Below are positions 44,016 through 54,030 of a stretch of DNA of 64,000 nt, one piece after another (within the stretch, counting starts at the first letter, position 1; every line of letters starts with the position of its first letter). A model generated the notes under the pieces. It did no database searches and was not told the DNA's origin. It worked only from the letters and a program-made list of their open reading frames with translations. Location of the stretch: the NCBI GenBank assembly GCA_902805845.1, contig CADCUI010000001.1:140592-204591 (forward strand), given 5' to 3'. The stretch is from an uncultured Nocardioidaceae bacterium (GTDB taxonomy: Bacteria > Actinomycetota > Actinomycetes > Propionibacteriales > Nocardioidaceae). Made by a program: the position numbers and the translations under genes.

Positions 44016-46214
44016 GTGACCGAGCAAAACCACGTCGTGCGTTACGAGCGCGACGAAGACGGGATCGTCACGCTCACCATGGACGAGCCGGGGGCCGGCG
44101 CCAACACCATGAACGAGGCCTACCGCGACGGCATGCGGACGGCCGTCGACCGGCTGGTGCACGAGGTGGCGGCCACCGGCGACGTCGTCGGCGTCGTCCT
44201 CGCCAGCGGCAAGAAGACGTTCTTCGCCGGTGGCAACCTCAACCTGCTGGTGCAGGCGCGGCCCGAGGACGCCCGGCAGCTCTTCGACCAGAGCATGACC
44301 ATCAAGGCCGACCTACGGCGGCTCGAGACTCTCGGAGTCCCGGTCGTGGCCGCGATCAACGGCGCCGCGCTCGGGGGAGGGCTGGAGATCGCGCTGGCCT
44401 GTCACCGGCGGATCGCCGCGGAGGGACGCTACGAGATCGGGCTGCCGGAGGTGACGCTCGGGCTGCTGCCCGGAGGTGGGGGCGTCGTACGCACGGTGCG
44501 GATGCTCGGCCTGCAGACTGCGCTCACCGAGGTGCTGCTGCAGGGCCAGCGGTACAAGCCTGCCGTCGCCCTGGAGAAGGGGCTGGTCGACGAGGTCGTC
44601 CCGGCGCCCGACCTGCTGGGTCGGGCGAAGGCGTGGTTGCTGGAGAGCAGGGGCGACGAGAGCGCCGCCACGCAGCCGTGGGACCGGCAGGGCTACAAGA
44701 TGCCCGGCGGCACCCCGTCGCACCCGAGCCTGGCCGCGATGCTCCCGGTCTTCCCCGCGACGCTGCGCAAGCAGACCAAGGGCGCCGACTACCCCGCGCC
44801 GAAGGCGATCATGTCGGCGGCCGTGGAGGGCGCCCAGCTCGACGTCGAGGGTGCACAGCGGGTGGAGGCCCGCTACTTCACCAAGCTCGCGACAAGCCAG
44901 AACGCGAAGAACATGATCCAGGCGTTCTTCTTCGACCTGCAGGCGATCAGCTCGGGCTCGCTGCGGCCACCGGGCTTCGACGCCTTCCGGGCGGCGAGGG
45001 TCGCAGTCCTCGGCGCCGGGATGATGGGCGCCGGCATCGCCTACGTCTGCGCCAGGTCGGGCATGGAGGTCGTGCTCAAGGACGTCAGTCTCGAGGCCGC
45101 CGTGCGCGGCAAGGACTACTCGGCGAAGCTCAACGACAAGGCGATCTCGCGCGGCCGGTTGACGGCTGAGGGGTCCGCGGAGCTGCTCCGCCGGATCACC
45201 CCGACCGACAACACCGAGGACCTCAAGGGCTGCGACCTCGTCATCGAGGCGGTCTTCGAGGATCCTGCGCTGAAGCACAAGGTCCTCGCCGAGGTGCTGG
45301 ACGTCGTCAACGCCGATGCGCTGCTGTGCTCCAACACCTCGACGCTGCCGATCACCGAGCTCGCCGAGGGCGTCGACCGGCCGGCGGACTTCGTCGGCCT
45401 GCACTTCTTCTCCCCCGTCGACAAGATGCCGCTGGTGGAGATCGTCCGGGGCGCGGAGACCTCCGACGCCGCCGTCGCCAGGGCGATCGACGTCGTCCAA
45501 CAGATCCGCAAGACCCCCATCGTGGTCAACGACAGTCGCGGCTTCTTCACCTCCCGAGTCATCGGCACCCAGATCAACGAGGGCCTCGCGATGCTCAGCG
45601 AGGGTGTCCACCCGGTGAGCATCGAACGGGCGGCCCTCCAGGCCGGTTACCCGGTGGGGCCGCTGCAGATCAGCGACGAGCTCAACATGGAGCTCATGGT
45701 CAAGATCCGCAACGCCACGAGGGCCGCGGTCGAGCGCGAGGGCGGCGCCTACGCCCCGCATCCCGCCGAGCGGGTCATCGATCGGATGATCGAAGTGGGC
45801 CGGCCCAGCAAGCTGAGGGGCGCCGGCTTCTACGAGTACGACGAGGCGGGCAGTCGTCAGGGGCTCTGGACCGGGTTGCCGGGAGAGTTCCCGACCGCGG
45901 CCGATCAGCCGGACTTCCGGGAGCTGCAGGAGCGCTACCTCTTCATCGAGGCCGTGGAGACCGCGCGCTGCTTCGACGAAGGCGTGCTCACCTCGACAGC
46001 AGAGGCGAACATCGGCTCGATCTTCGGGATCGGCTACCCGGCCCTCACCGGCGGCGCCGCCCAGTTCATCGACGGCTACGAGGGCCCCGCCGGGACGGGG
46101 CTGACGGCGTTCGTGGCCCGGGCCCAGGAGCTGGCGGCGACGTACGGCGAACGCTTCCGGCCGCCGGCGAGCCTGCTGGGGAAGGCTGAACGGGGCGAGC
46201 GCTTCAAGGGCTGA
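44016..46214 (+). CDS. fadB: Fatty acid oxidation complex alpha subunit (enoyl-CoA hydratase / 3-hydroxyacyl-CoA dehydrogenase)
   Basis: An N-terminal crotonase fold ([18 protein letters not shown]) and a central NAD-binding [14 protein letters not shown]. 732 aa, downstream of the thiolase. Confidence 0.9.
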   Translation: MTEQNHVVRYERDEDGIVTLTMDEPGAGANTMNEAYRDGMRTAVDRLVHEVAATGDVVGVVLASGKKTFFAGGNLNLLVQARPEDARQLFDQSMTIKADLRRLETLGVPVVAAINGAALGGGLEIALACHRRIAAEGRYEIGLPEVTLGLLPGGGGVVRTVRMLGLQTALTEVLLQGQRYKPAVALEKGLVDEVVPAPDLLGRAKAWLLESRGDESAATQPWDRQGYKMPGGTPSHPSLAAMLPVFPATLRKQTKGADYPAPKAIMSAAVEGAQLDVEGAQRVEARYFTKLATSQNAKNMIQAFFFDLQAISSGSLRPPGFDAFRAARVAVLGAGMMGAGIAYVCARSGMEVVLKDVSLEAAVRGKDYSAKLNDKAISRGRLTAEGSAELLRRITPTDNTEDLKGCDLVIEAVFEDPALKHKVLAEVLDVVNADALLCSNTSTLPITELAEGVDRPADFVGLHFFSPVDKMPLVEIVRGAETSDAAVARAIDVVQQIRKTPIVVNDSRGFFTSRVIGTQINEGLAMLSEGVHPVSIERAALQAGYPVGPLQISDELNMELMVKIRNATRAAVEREGGAYAPHPAERVIDRMIEVGRPSKLRGAGFYEYDEAGSRQGLWTGLPGEFPTAADQPDFRELQERYLFIEAVETARCFDEGVLTSTAEANIGSIFGIGYPALTGGAAQFIDGYEGPAGTGLTAFVARAQELAATYGERFRPPASLLGKAERGERFKG

Positions 46215-46297
46215 CCGTCGCCCGGGCCGTGGAGGGCCGGGGTGCCCTGTTCCGCGAACCGGCCACGCCGGACGCCGGTCGTGGAGACACTGGTGCC

Positions 46298-47005
46298 ATG
46301 TCGCAGCCGGTGGTGGACGTCCGCTCGCTGCAGGTCCGATTCGGCCGGGTCGACGCCGTCCGCGGGATCAGCTTCGCGGTGGAGGCGGGTGCGGCGACGG
46401 CCCTGCTCGGCCGCAACGGTGCCGGCAAGTCCACGACCATGCGGGTCCTGGCGGGGGTCATCGCTCCCACCGCCGGGCAGGTTCTGGTGGCGGGACGCGA
46501 CGTCGCTACGGAGACCCTTGCGGTCAAGCGGCTGACCGGCTACTGCCCCGACGTGGGCGGCCTGGTCCCCCGGGCCACCCCCTGGGAACACCTCCAGCTC
46601 GCCGCCCGGCTGCGGCGGCTCACCGACTGGGAGGACACCGCGCGCGACCTGCTCGAGCGCTTCGACCTGGGCGCAGCCGCGCACCGGGTCACCGCCGGCT
46701 TCAGCCACGGTATGGGCCGCCGGATGTCGGTCGTGCTGGCGGCCTTCCACGCTCCCGCGGTGCTGCTGCTCGACGAGCCGTTCGACGGCGTGGACCCGCT
46801 CGGCGTCGAGGCCACCATGGAGGTGATCGCCGACGCCCGGGCCCGCGGTGCTGCCGTCCTGGTCTCCACCCACCTGCGAGAGCTGGCCATCGACGCCTGC
46901 CAGGACGCGATCGTCCTCCGGGGCGGCTCCGCGGTCGCGGAGCTGTCGGCGGCGGAGATGGCGGGAGAGGCGGGCGCGGGTGTCTACCGCGGTCTCCTCG
47001 ACTGA
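46298..47005 (+). CDS. ABC transporter ATP-binding protein
   Basis: GRNGAGKSTTM, a degenerate signature FSHGMGRRM, and LLLDEPFDGVD. I chose ATG 46298 within the 46229 ORF. Confidence 0.85.
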   Translation: MSQPVVDVRSLQVRFGRVDAVRGISFAVEAGAATALLGRNGAGKSTTMRVLAGVIAPTAGQVLVAGRDVATETLAVKRLTGYCPDVGGLVPRATPWEHLQLAARLRRLTDWEDTARDLLERFDLGAAAHRVTAGFSHGMGRRMSVVLAAFHAPAVLLLDEPFDGVDPLGVEATMEVIADARARGAAVLVSTHLRELAIDACQDAIVLRGGSAVAELSAAEMAGEAGAGVYRGLLD

Positions 47006-47024
47006 GCCCAGTCGGCGCCGGCAG

Positions 47025-48536
47025 GTGGACCGGGTGTGGCGCCCGGTGGCCGACACCGGCGCGCTGCTGCGTTTCCGTGCCGGCATGGTTCGGGACGGGT
47101 CGAGGGCGCTCGCCCTGGCAGGATCCGCGGGACTGGTGCTGATCACGGTCCTGGCCGGCTGGCTGCCGGCGTACCTCCCTGACGGGGAGTCGCGCCGCAC
47201 CGACGTGCTGAGCCTGTTGCCGAGCGCGATGGTGGGCGTGTTCGTCGTCGCCGCGATCTCCGCGGCCGCTTCGGGTGGCGGACGTGAGCTGCTGCCGCGG
47301 GAGGAGGCGGTGGCGTTCCCGCTCAGTGCTGTCACCGACCACCTCGGGGCGCTGGTGATGGCGCCGCTGAACATCGCCTGGCTGCTGCAGTCCTGGACGT
47401 TGCTGGGCGCCACGGCGTACGTCGCGGGCCCGACGCCGAGGCTGCTGCTCAGCCAGGTTGTCGTGGTGACCTGGCTGGTGACCGCCACCGCGCTCGCCCA
47501 GGTCGTCGGGTGGGCCTTCGAGCTGCTCCGTCGCAGCCGTCACGGCGTGTGGGGGAGCCGCATCGTGCTGGTCGCCGTGGGAGCCGCCGCAGTGCAGCTG
47601 GTGGCGACCGATCGGCTGGTCCCGCTGCTGCAGCGCAGCCCTACCCTCCACGTCACGATCGCCAGCCTGCGGGTGCGCACGGAGGTGACCGCCGGCTTCT
47701 TCGCGACGGTCGCCTCGCTGCTGGCGGTGACGGCGCTCGCGGTGGCCGTCGGCGTCGCGCTCGCCGACGTGGTGAGCCGGCGCCCCGCTCGCGACGAGCT
47801 GCGGCTGGAGACGGCGGCGCAGGAACCGCGTCGCGACCCGGGGTCGGACCTCGTCGCCGTCATGCGCACCGACCGGGTCGGCATCTGGCGCTCCTTGCCG
47901 CTGCGACGCGGCCTGCTGGTGCTCACGGTGATGCCCGGAGGGGTGGCCATCGCCGGCGACCTGCCGTGGCAGCTGCTCACGATCCTGCCGGGGTTGGTGG
48001 CCTCCGGCGGCGCACTGCTCTTCGGGGTGAACTCCTGGTGCCTCGATGGTCGCGGCGCGTTGTGGCGTGACAGCCTGCCGGTCGGCCCGGAGCTGGCATT
48101 CGTGGCCCGAGCGCTCGTGCTGGTCGAGGTGCTGCTCGTCGCCACCGCCGGCACGGTGGCGATGGCCGCGATGCGCGCCGGGGTACCTACCGCTGCCGAG
48201 CTGGCAGCCGTGAGCTGCGGAGCACTCGTGGTCGTCGGTCAGGTGGTGTCGGCGTCCTTGCGATGGTCGGTGCGCCGGCCGTTCGCGGTCGACCTGCGGA
48301 GCGCCCGGGCCACGCCCGCGCCGCCGCTGGTGATGGTCGCCTACTCGGCGCGGCTTGCGGTGTCGACCACGCTGGTGGGGCTGGGCTTCTCGGTGCTGGC
48401 GCTGGTGCCGTGGGAGTGGTCGGTCGTCGTCGCCCTGCCGATGCTGCTGCTCTCCGCCTGGCGGTTGAGCCGCACGGCTGCGGCGTGGGGTGATCCGGTG
48501 ACCCGGGGGCGCGTCGTCGCGACCGTCGCGAGCTGA
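47025..48536 (+). CDS. Large polytopic membrane protein, putative permease partner of the preceding ATPase
   Basis: About 500 aa with more than 10 hydrophobic helices, immediately downstream of the ATPase. The start is GTG 47025 or 47034. The 46848 start in the ORF track overlaps the ATPase gene. Confidence 0.55.
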   Translation: MDRVWRPVADTGALLRFRAGMVRDGSRALALAGSAGLVLITVLAGWLPAYLPDGESRRTDVLSLLPSAMVGVFVVAAISAAASGGGRELLPREEAVAFPLSAVTDHLGALVMAPLNIAWLLQSWTLLGATAYVAGPTPRLLLSQVVVVTWLVTATALAQVVGWAFELLRRSRHGVWGSRIVLVAVGAAAVQLVATDRLVPLLQRSPTLHVTIASLRVRTEVTAGFFATVASLLAVTALAVAVGVALADVVSRRPARDELRLETAAQEPRRDPGSDLVAVMRTDRVGIWRSLPLRRGLLVLTVMPGGVAIAGDLPWQLLTILPGLVASGGALLFGVNSWCLDGRGALWRDSLPVGPELAFVARALVLVEVLLVATAGTVAMAAMRAGVPTAAELAAVSCGALVVVGQVVSASLRWSVRRPFAVDLRSARATPAPPLVMVAYSARLAVSTTLVGLGFSVLALVPWEWSVVVALPMLLLSAWRLSRTAAAWGDPVTRGRVVATVAS

Positions 48537-48564
48537 CGGCGACCCCCGGCCGCCCCCTGTCAGG

Positions 48565-49098
48565 TCACTTCTTGTTGTCGGTGCCTCCGCCCGAGATGCA
48601 GGCGAGCAGTGCGCCCTGCATGTCGGTCATCGGGTTCGCGGACTTGCCCTGGAAGGTGGCCGAGAGGCCCTCCTTGATGGCGTCCTCGTTGATGGCCTCG
48701 TCAACGCAGGCGGCCTGCTCCGCGTCGAGGTCGGTCTCGGCGGTGGTGTTGATCTGGTCGGTGATCAGCTTCTTCATGTCGACGCACCGCACGATCACGT
48801 CGGCGGTGGCGTCGGCGTCCCCCTGCGACATGTCAGTGGGAGTGGCGTCCTGAGCGATCTCGAGGTCGTCGTTGAGCAACTTGTACTTCTGCATGTCCGC
48901 GACGCCGACGTCGTCGACCATCCCGTTGGCGAAGCACTCGGCCTGCTCATCGGTGAGCTTGGCGCCCCCGGCGACGCTCGCATCCCCCTCGAGCACGCTG
49001 GCCTTGATGTTCTCCTTGGCCTTGTCGTCCTCGCTGTTGCCGCAGGCGCTCAGCGAGATCAGCAGTGTCGCGCAGAGCGCGGTCACGGTCTTCTTCAT
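48565..49098 (-). CDS. Secreted acidic lipoprotein with an internal two-module duplication
   Basis: MKKTVTALCATLLISLSAC is a lipobox. Two modules start with DEQAECF and AEQAACV, each with a second Cys. The gene is visibly richer in A/T than its surroundings. Confidence 0.7.
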   Translation of the reverse strand: MKKTVTALCATLLISLSACGNSEDDKAKENIKASVLEGDASVAGGAKLTDEQAECFANGMVDDVGVADMQKYKLLNDDLEIAQDATPTDMSQGDADATADVIVRCVDMKKLITDQINTTAETDLDAEQAACVDEAINEDAIKEGLSATFQGKSANPMTDMQGALLACISGGGTDNKK

Positions 49099-49243
49099 GG
49101 ATTCTCCTGATCGGGGTGTGCACGCAGCCTACTGACCGCCGCCTTGTGGACCGCGGACCGAAAATCGATCGCGGAGTGCGAGGGCGGCCGCGGCCGTCCA
49201 GGGGCTCACCGGGACTCAGAGATCCACCGACCCGACTGGTCCC

Positions 49244-49603
49244 TCACTCGACGACGACGTCATCCCCGCGGCGAAGGGCGCGACGGACCCGCAGCTTGAG
49301 GACCTTGCCATAGCTGAGCACGAGCTGGGTGTAGCCGGGCGTGGGGCCGTGGTACCCGAGGAACCCGCGCGGCCCCTCGACCATCGCGCCGGTCTCGACG
49401 TCGTACTTGCTCTGGTGCCACGGGCACACCAGGCACCCGTCGGCGTCGACCGTGCCCTGGGAGAGGTCGCCGAGCTGGTGCCGGCACCGAGGTGAGACCG
49501 CGAACAGCTCCCCGTCCCGGCGGTGACCGACCGCCCACTGCCCGACGCGGCGTACCGCCCCTGGTGGCAGGTCACGGGCAGGGATGCGGTTCTCGTCGGT
49601 CAT
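49244..49603 (-). CDS. Rieske [2Fe-2S] domain protein
   Basis: CRHQ...CPWHQ (CxH / CxxH ligands). ATG 49603 is preceded by AGGAGG. The 351-aa ORF in the track is an extension through the repeat arrays. Confidence 0.8.
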   Translation of the reverse strand: MTDENRIPARDLPPGAVRRVGQWAVGHRRDGELFAVSPRCRHQLGDLSQGTVDADGCLVCPWHQSKYDVETGAMVEGPRGFLGYHGPTPGYTQLVLSYGKVLKLRVRRALRRGDDVVVE

Positions 49604-49677
49604 CGGTCCTCCTGGTGGGTGCGCGTGGCGCGGGTCGATGGGCGGGGCAGTGCTCCCCAGATACCCCATCTCACCCA

Positions 49678-49787
49678 GCCGACCCGCCCTCGATGTCTGG
49701 TCGACCCGCCCACGATGTCTGGCCGAGCCGCCCACGATGTCTGGCCGAGCCGCCCACGATGTCTGGCCGAGCCGCCCACGATGTCGG
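49678..49787 (+). repeat. Family A 22-nt repeat, 5 tandem units, forward (CGATG subtype)
   Basis: gccgacccgccctcgatgtctg, gtcgacccgcccacgatgtctg, gccgagccgcccacgatgtctg x2 and gccgagccgcccacgatgtcgg. Confidence 0.92.
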
Positions 49788-49864
49788 TTGACGGCTTGCG
49801 CCGCGGCGGCGTTGGCTGAGGGAAGGGCGCGGCGCCAGGTCGCGCCGACATCAGGAGGTAAACC

Positions 49865-50245
49865 GTGAGCAACCGCGTCGTGCACTTCGAGATCCCGTAC
49901 GACGACCCGGACCGCGCGTCGAAGTTCTACGCCGACACGTTCGGCTGGGAGCTCACGTCGATGCCCGAGATGGGCTACGTGCTGGCGTCGACCGGTCCCA
50001 GCGGCGAGCAGGGACCGACCGAGCCCGGCTTCATCAACGGGGGGATGCTCCAGCGGGGGAGTCACTGGACGGCACCCAACGTCGTCATCGACGTCGCCAA
50101 CATCGAGGACGCGCTCACGGCAGTGGGGGAGCACGGCGGCAGCACCGTGGTCGAGCGGGAGCCCGTCGGGGACATGGGTTTCAGCGCCTACTTCAAGGAC
50201 AGCGAGGGCAACCTGATCGGCCTCTGGGAGACCGCCAGCGGCTGA
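49865..50245 (+). CDS. VOC (glyoxalase) family protein
   Basis: VVHFEIPYDDPDRASKFYADTFGW and FKDSEGNLIGLWE are typical of single-domain VOC proteins. A GGAGG RBS lies before the GTG. Confidence 0.8.
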   Translation: MSNRVVHFEIPYDDPDRASKFYADTFGWELTSMPEMGYVLASTGPSGEQGPTEPGFINGGMLQRGSHWTAPNVVIDVANIEDALTAVGEHGGSTVVEREPVGDMGFSAYFKDSEGNLIGLWETASG

Positions 50246-50248
50246 TTG

Positions 50249-50314
50249 CCGGTACGCCGGGCGGGTCGGCCAGACATCGTGGGCGGGTCGGCCGGACATC
50301 GCGGGCGGGTCGGC
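50249..50314 (-). repeat. Family A 22-nt repeat, 3 tandem units, reverse (CGATG subtype)
   Basis: ccggtacgccgggcgggtcggc, cagacatcgtgggcgggtcggc and cggacatcgcgggcgggtcggc. It lies between the VOC stop and the convergent kinase stop. Confidence 0.88.
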
Positions 50315-50325
50315 GGGACGGGCAC

Positions 50326-51960
50326 CTAGTCCGAGACGGTCCGCTGCCGCGGGAAGGGCACGACCCAGGTGAGGGCGGTACCCGCACCGGGGGCGGTCTC
50401 GACCTCGAAGGTGCCGCCGTGCTGGGCCGCTCGCTCGGCCAGGTTCGCCAGACCACTGCGACGGGTGCTGCGGATCCCCACGCCGTCGTCGCGCACGGTG
50501 AGCCGCACACCGCCGCGGTCGACGGTGGCGACCACCTCGACGTGGCTGGCCGAGGCGTGCCGCACGACGTTCGACAGCCCTTCGCGCACGCAGGCCGCGA
50601 GGTCCGCGGCCAGCGCTCCGGCGACCTCCCCCGAGGGCGCCTCGAGCGACACCAGCGGCTCGAAGCCCAGCAACGGCGCGGCCTCGCTGACGATCTCCGA
50701 GACCAGCTTCTCCAACGTCACGTGGTGCTCGTCGGCGGTGCGCAGGCTCATGATCGTGGTGCGGATCTGGCTGATCGTCTCGTCCAGCGAGCTCACCGCC
50801 GTCTCGAGCCGTGCCTGGACGTCGCCGTCGACCCGGCCGGCGAGCTGCTGCAGGGACATGCCGGTCCCGTAGAGCCGCTGGATGACGTGGTCGTGCAGGT
50901 CGCGGGCCAACCGGTTGCGGTCCTCCAGCCGCTGCACCTTGTCGGCCACCTCACGCGCCGCCGCCAGCTCCAGCACGATCGCGGCGTGCCGGGCGAACGT
51001 CCCGGCGACCTCCACGTCGGCCTCGGTGAACCGCGGGGCCTCCGACAGCCGGCCGAGGAAGAGTGCGCCCAGCACGCTGTCCTGACCCTGGAGCGGGATG
51101 AGCATCCCGGGGCCGAGATCGGCGCCGCTCATCTCGTGGAAGCCGCCCCGCTCCACGTCAGGAAGGTGGGCCACCACCTGGCCCCGGCGGCTGCGCAGGA
51201 CGCGGCGTACCCACGCGCTGTCCTCGAGCGCGAACTCGCGACCGAGCAGCGCCTCCTCGCTGTGCAGCCCCCGCGCGTAGCGGATCCTGACCCGGTCGTG
51301 CTCGCCCAGCAGCATCACCGCGACCAGGTGGGCCTCCGACAGCTCGCGGGCCCGGTCCGAGACCAGACGCAGCGGCTCGTCGAGGTCCGGCGCGAGGAGG
51401 TCTCGGGTCATGCTCGTCGCCGCGCTCATCCACCGGCGCGCCTTGAGCGCGTCGCGCAGCAGCTGCACCCCGGCGACGGCCTCACCCAGCCCGGCACCCA
51501 GCTCGCCGGCCAGGGCCTCGTCCTCCTCGGTCCAGGCCGGACCGGGTCGTCGTTGCCCGACGTAGAGGATGCCGACGGTCCGGCCGTTGCCGCACAGCCG
51601 CGTGCCGAGGAAAGTGTGCAGCTCGGGGTGGCCCGGCGGCAGCCTGAGGGCGGACAGGGCCGCGGGGCCGCTGAGGCGGAGCGTCCCGCCGGCTTCCTCC
51701 ACCTCCTGCAGCAGCCGCTCGCTGAAGGGGTCGACGGGCCCTCGGCCGACCGCGACCGGCGGCATCCCGGCGAAGCAGGGCGGGCCGAGGGTGCCGTCGT
51801 CCTGGAGGAGGGCGGCTCCGGCGACGTCGGCGCCGAAGACGGACCGGCCGAGCTCTGCCACCCGCGCCACCCGTGCTGCGTGGGGGCGGTCGGCCCTCAT
51901 GAGCTCGGGCAGGGCAGCAAGCAGCCTGCTCACCTTCGAGTCTCCGCTCGAGAACCCCAC
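50326..51960 (-). CDS. GAF-domain sensor histidine kinase (HisKA_3 / NarL-partner type)
   Basis: Two GAF-like N-terminal regions, the H-box ERNRLARDLHDHVIQRLYG, and a C-terminal HATPase (VRDDGVGI). No response regulator gene is adjacent. Confidence 0.85.
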   Translation of the reverse strand: MGFSSGDSKVSRLLAALPELMRADRPHAARVARVAELGRSVFGADVAGAALLQDDGTLGPPCFAGMPPVAVGRGPVDPFSERLLQEVEEAGGTLRLSGPAALSALRLPPGHPELHTFLGTRLCGNGRTVGILYVGQRRPGPAWTEEDEALAGELGAGLGEAVAGVQLLRDALKARRWMSAATSMTRDLLAPDLDEPLRLVSDRARELSEAHLVAVMLLGEHDRVRIRYARGLHSEEALLGREFALEDSAWVRRVLRSRRGQVVAHLPDVERGGFHEMSGADLGPGMLIPLQGQDSVLGALFLGRLSEAPRFTEADVEVAGTFARHAAIVLELAAAREVADKVQRLEDRNRLARDLHDHVIQRLYGTGMSLQQLAGRVDGDVQARLETAVSSLDETISQIRTTIMSLRTADEHHVTLEKLVSEIVSEAAPLLGFEPLVSLEAPSGEVAGALAADLAACVREGLSNVVRHASASHVEVVATVDRGGVRLTVRDDGVGIRSTRRSGLANLAERAAQHGGTFEVETAPGAGTALTWVVPFPRQRTVSD

Positions 51961-52239
51961 GCTTCGCGGCCCCTGCTCACCCGGTCACCCGGGCGCACCC
52001 CGAGTGTCCTTTCACCCATTCAGGACACTAGTCCCCCCGAAGTCGGGCGGGAAGGGGCAACGGGGCAAAAACCACGGCATCGGACAACCAGGCTTGACGG
52101 CTTGTTTCGGCCCATCTGAGGATGTCCCGGTGACCTCGTCCCGCGCGCGAGTGCCGCAGACGGCGTGCAATCTTCGGGGAGGCCGCTTCATGACCGAGCG
52201 CGCTCCAGCCTCGGGGTGCCGACGACCTGCTGAGCGCCG

Positions 52240-52995
52240 GTGACGAACGCGCTCGTGCAGTACGCCGTGTCCGACGGTGTCGCGACCCTGATCCTCGACA
52301 GCCCGCACAACCGCAACGCGCTGAGCCGTCGGCTGGTGTCCGAGCTGTTCGAGGGATTCGACCGGGCGGAGGCCGACGACGACGTGCGAGTCGTCGTGCT
52401 CACGGCCTCCGGGTCGGTGTTCTGCTCCGGCGCCGACCTCGCCGAGGCATCCGACGACGGCATGGAGGACGGCGCCCGTCGCATCGTCGACCTGCAGCGG
52501 CGGATCGTCGGCTCGGACAAGCCTGTCGTCGCTCGGGTGCAGGGTGCCGTCCGTGCCGGCGGCACCGGCGTCGTCGCCGCAGCGGACATCGCCATCTGCG
52601 CGGACGACGTGACGTTCGCACTCACGGAGGTCCGGCTGGGACTGGCGGCGGCGGTGATCTCGTTGACGGTGCTTCCGCGGCTGACCAGCAGGGCGGCCGC
52701 GCGCACCTTCCTCACCGGCGAGACGTTCGACGCCGGGGCAGCGGCTGCGATGGGCCTGGTGACGACAGCGGTCCCGCAGGAGCAGCTCGACGACGAGGTC
52801 GGCCGCGTGGTCGACGACCTGCGCAAGGGCCATCCTCAGGGGCTGCGGGAGAGCAAGCGGCTGGTGAACGCCGAGCTCCTGGCCCGCATCGACGAGTCGG
52901 GGGCGGACGTCGCGGACCTGTCGGCGCGGCTCTTCGGCTCCGAGGACGCCCGCGAGGCGATGGCAGCGTTCCTGGCCCGCCGCCAGGAACGCTGA
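52240..52995 (+). CDS. Enoyl-CoA hydratase/isomerase family protein
   Basis: VFCSGADL and VQGAVRAGGTGV crotonase motifs. 251 aa. Confidence 0.88.
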   Translation: MTNALVQYAVSDGVATLILDSPHNRNALSRRLVSELFEGFDRAEADDDVRVVVLTASGSVFCSGADLAEASDDGMEDGARRIVDLQRRIVGSDKPVVARVQGAVRAGGTGVVAAADIAICADDVTFALTEVRLGLAAAVISLTVLPRLTSRAAARTFLTGETFDAGAAAAMGLVTTAVPQEQLDDEVGRVVDDLRKGHPQGLRESKRLVNAELLARIDESGADVADLSARLFGSEDAREAMAAFLARRQER

Positions 52996-53005
52996 AATCA
53001 GCGGG

Positions 53006-53803
53006 TCAGCCTCCCAGGGCGTCGAGCGTCGCCATCTCGTCGTCGGAGAGGAAGAAGCCGGCGACGTCGGCGTTGGCGCGGATCCGCTCGGGGTCCCCTG
53101 ACTTGGGGATCACCACGACACCGTGCTGCACGTGCCAACGCACGATGACCTGCGCCGGCGTGCGCTCGCGGCGCTCGGCGATGTCTCGGATCGTCGGGTG
53201 GTCGAGGGTCCCACCCCGCAGCGCGCTGTAGCCCTCGACGGCGACCTTGCGCGCCCGGTGCTCCTCGAGAACGGCCCTGTCGAACAGCAACGGGCTCCAC
53301 TCGATCTGGTTCACCGCCGGGGTGGCGCCGGTCTCCGCGGCCAGCCGGTCGATCAGGTCGACACCGAAGTTGCTCACACCGATGTCCCGGGCCAGCCCTG
53401 CCGCACGCGCCTCGACGAGCGCCGTCCACAGCCGCACGTCGTCGTCGCCCTGCGCCGGCCAGTGCACCAGCCACAGGTCGACGTGGTCGGTCCCGAGCAG
53501 CTCCAGGCTGCGTTGGAGAGTCTCCCGCTCCTTGCCCACCTGGTGCGGTGGGCACTTCGTGGTGAGAAAGACGTCCTCCCGAGGGACGCCGCTGTCCCGC
53601 AGCCCGCGGCCGACCTCCCCCTCGTTGCCGTAGACCGTCGCGGTGTCGAGGTGGCGGTAGCCGGCCTCCAGGGCTGCCGTCACGGCGGTCGTCGCCGCCT
53701 CACCCTTGAGCTGCCAGGTGCCGAAACCGAGGAGCGGCATGCGGCCGCTCTCGAGCGTGACGGCGTCGGAGGGGATGTTCGGGTGCGGCGGGTTCGCGGT
53801 CAT
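53006..53803 (-). CDS. Aldo/keto reductase (2,5-diketo-D-gluconate reductase-like)
   Basis: LGFGTWQL, YRHLDTATVYGNE, LVHWP and VIPKS motifs. I chose ATG 53803 within the longer ORF. Confidence 0.88.
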   Translation of the reverse strand: MTANPPHPNIPSDAVTLESGRMPLLGFGTWQLKGEAATTAVTAALEAGYRHLDTATVYGNEGEVGRGLRDSGVPREDVFLTTKCPPHQVGKERETLQRSLELLGTDHVDLWLVHWPAQGDDDVRLWTALVEARAAGLARDIGVSNFGVDLIDRLAAETGATPAVNQIEWSPLLFDRAVLEEHRARKVAVEGYSALRGGTLDHPTIRDIAERRERTPAQVIVRWHVQHGVVVIPKSGDPERIRANADVAGFFLSDDEMATLDALGG

Positions 53804-53835
53804 GCCGGTCGATGCTAGTCGGGTAGCGTCGGGGC

Positions 53836-54030
53836 ATGACCGAGCCCGCCGACGACGCCCGGATCGACACCAGGGCCGAGCTGCTGCCCGAGGAGGCCGC
53901 CGTCGGGAGCGAGGTCCCGCGGGAGCAGGCCAGCGCGATCCTCGAGGAGTCAGAGGAGCGGACCCTGCACCCCGAGGAGACGCAGCTGGCGTCGACCCAG
54001 ACGCCCGACGAGGGCCGCTCCTCGGACTGA
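53836..54030 (+). CDS. Small acidic hypothetical protein
   Basis: 64-aa E/D-rich ORF in the divergent gap upstream of helD. I recognise no family, and coding status is uncertain. Confidence 0.35.
   Translation: MTEPADDARIDTRAELLPEEAAVGSEVPREQASAILEESEERTLHPEETQLASTQTPDEGRSSD

Noticed and set aside
49678-49787. Family A tandem arrays as CRISPR arrays.
   Set aside because: The 22-nt units abut directly with no spacers. Arrays are only 2-5 units long, occur in both orientations, and no cas genes are present.
49492-49868. Small ORFs translating the repeat arrays (for example 49492-49791, 49523-49819, 49584-49868, 41250-41807) as repeat-peptide genes.
   Set aside because: All three forward frames are open simply because the unit lacks stop codons. 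There are no RBSs, and the ORFs overlap one another and real genes.
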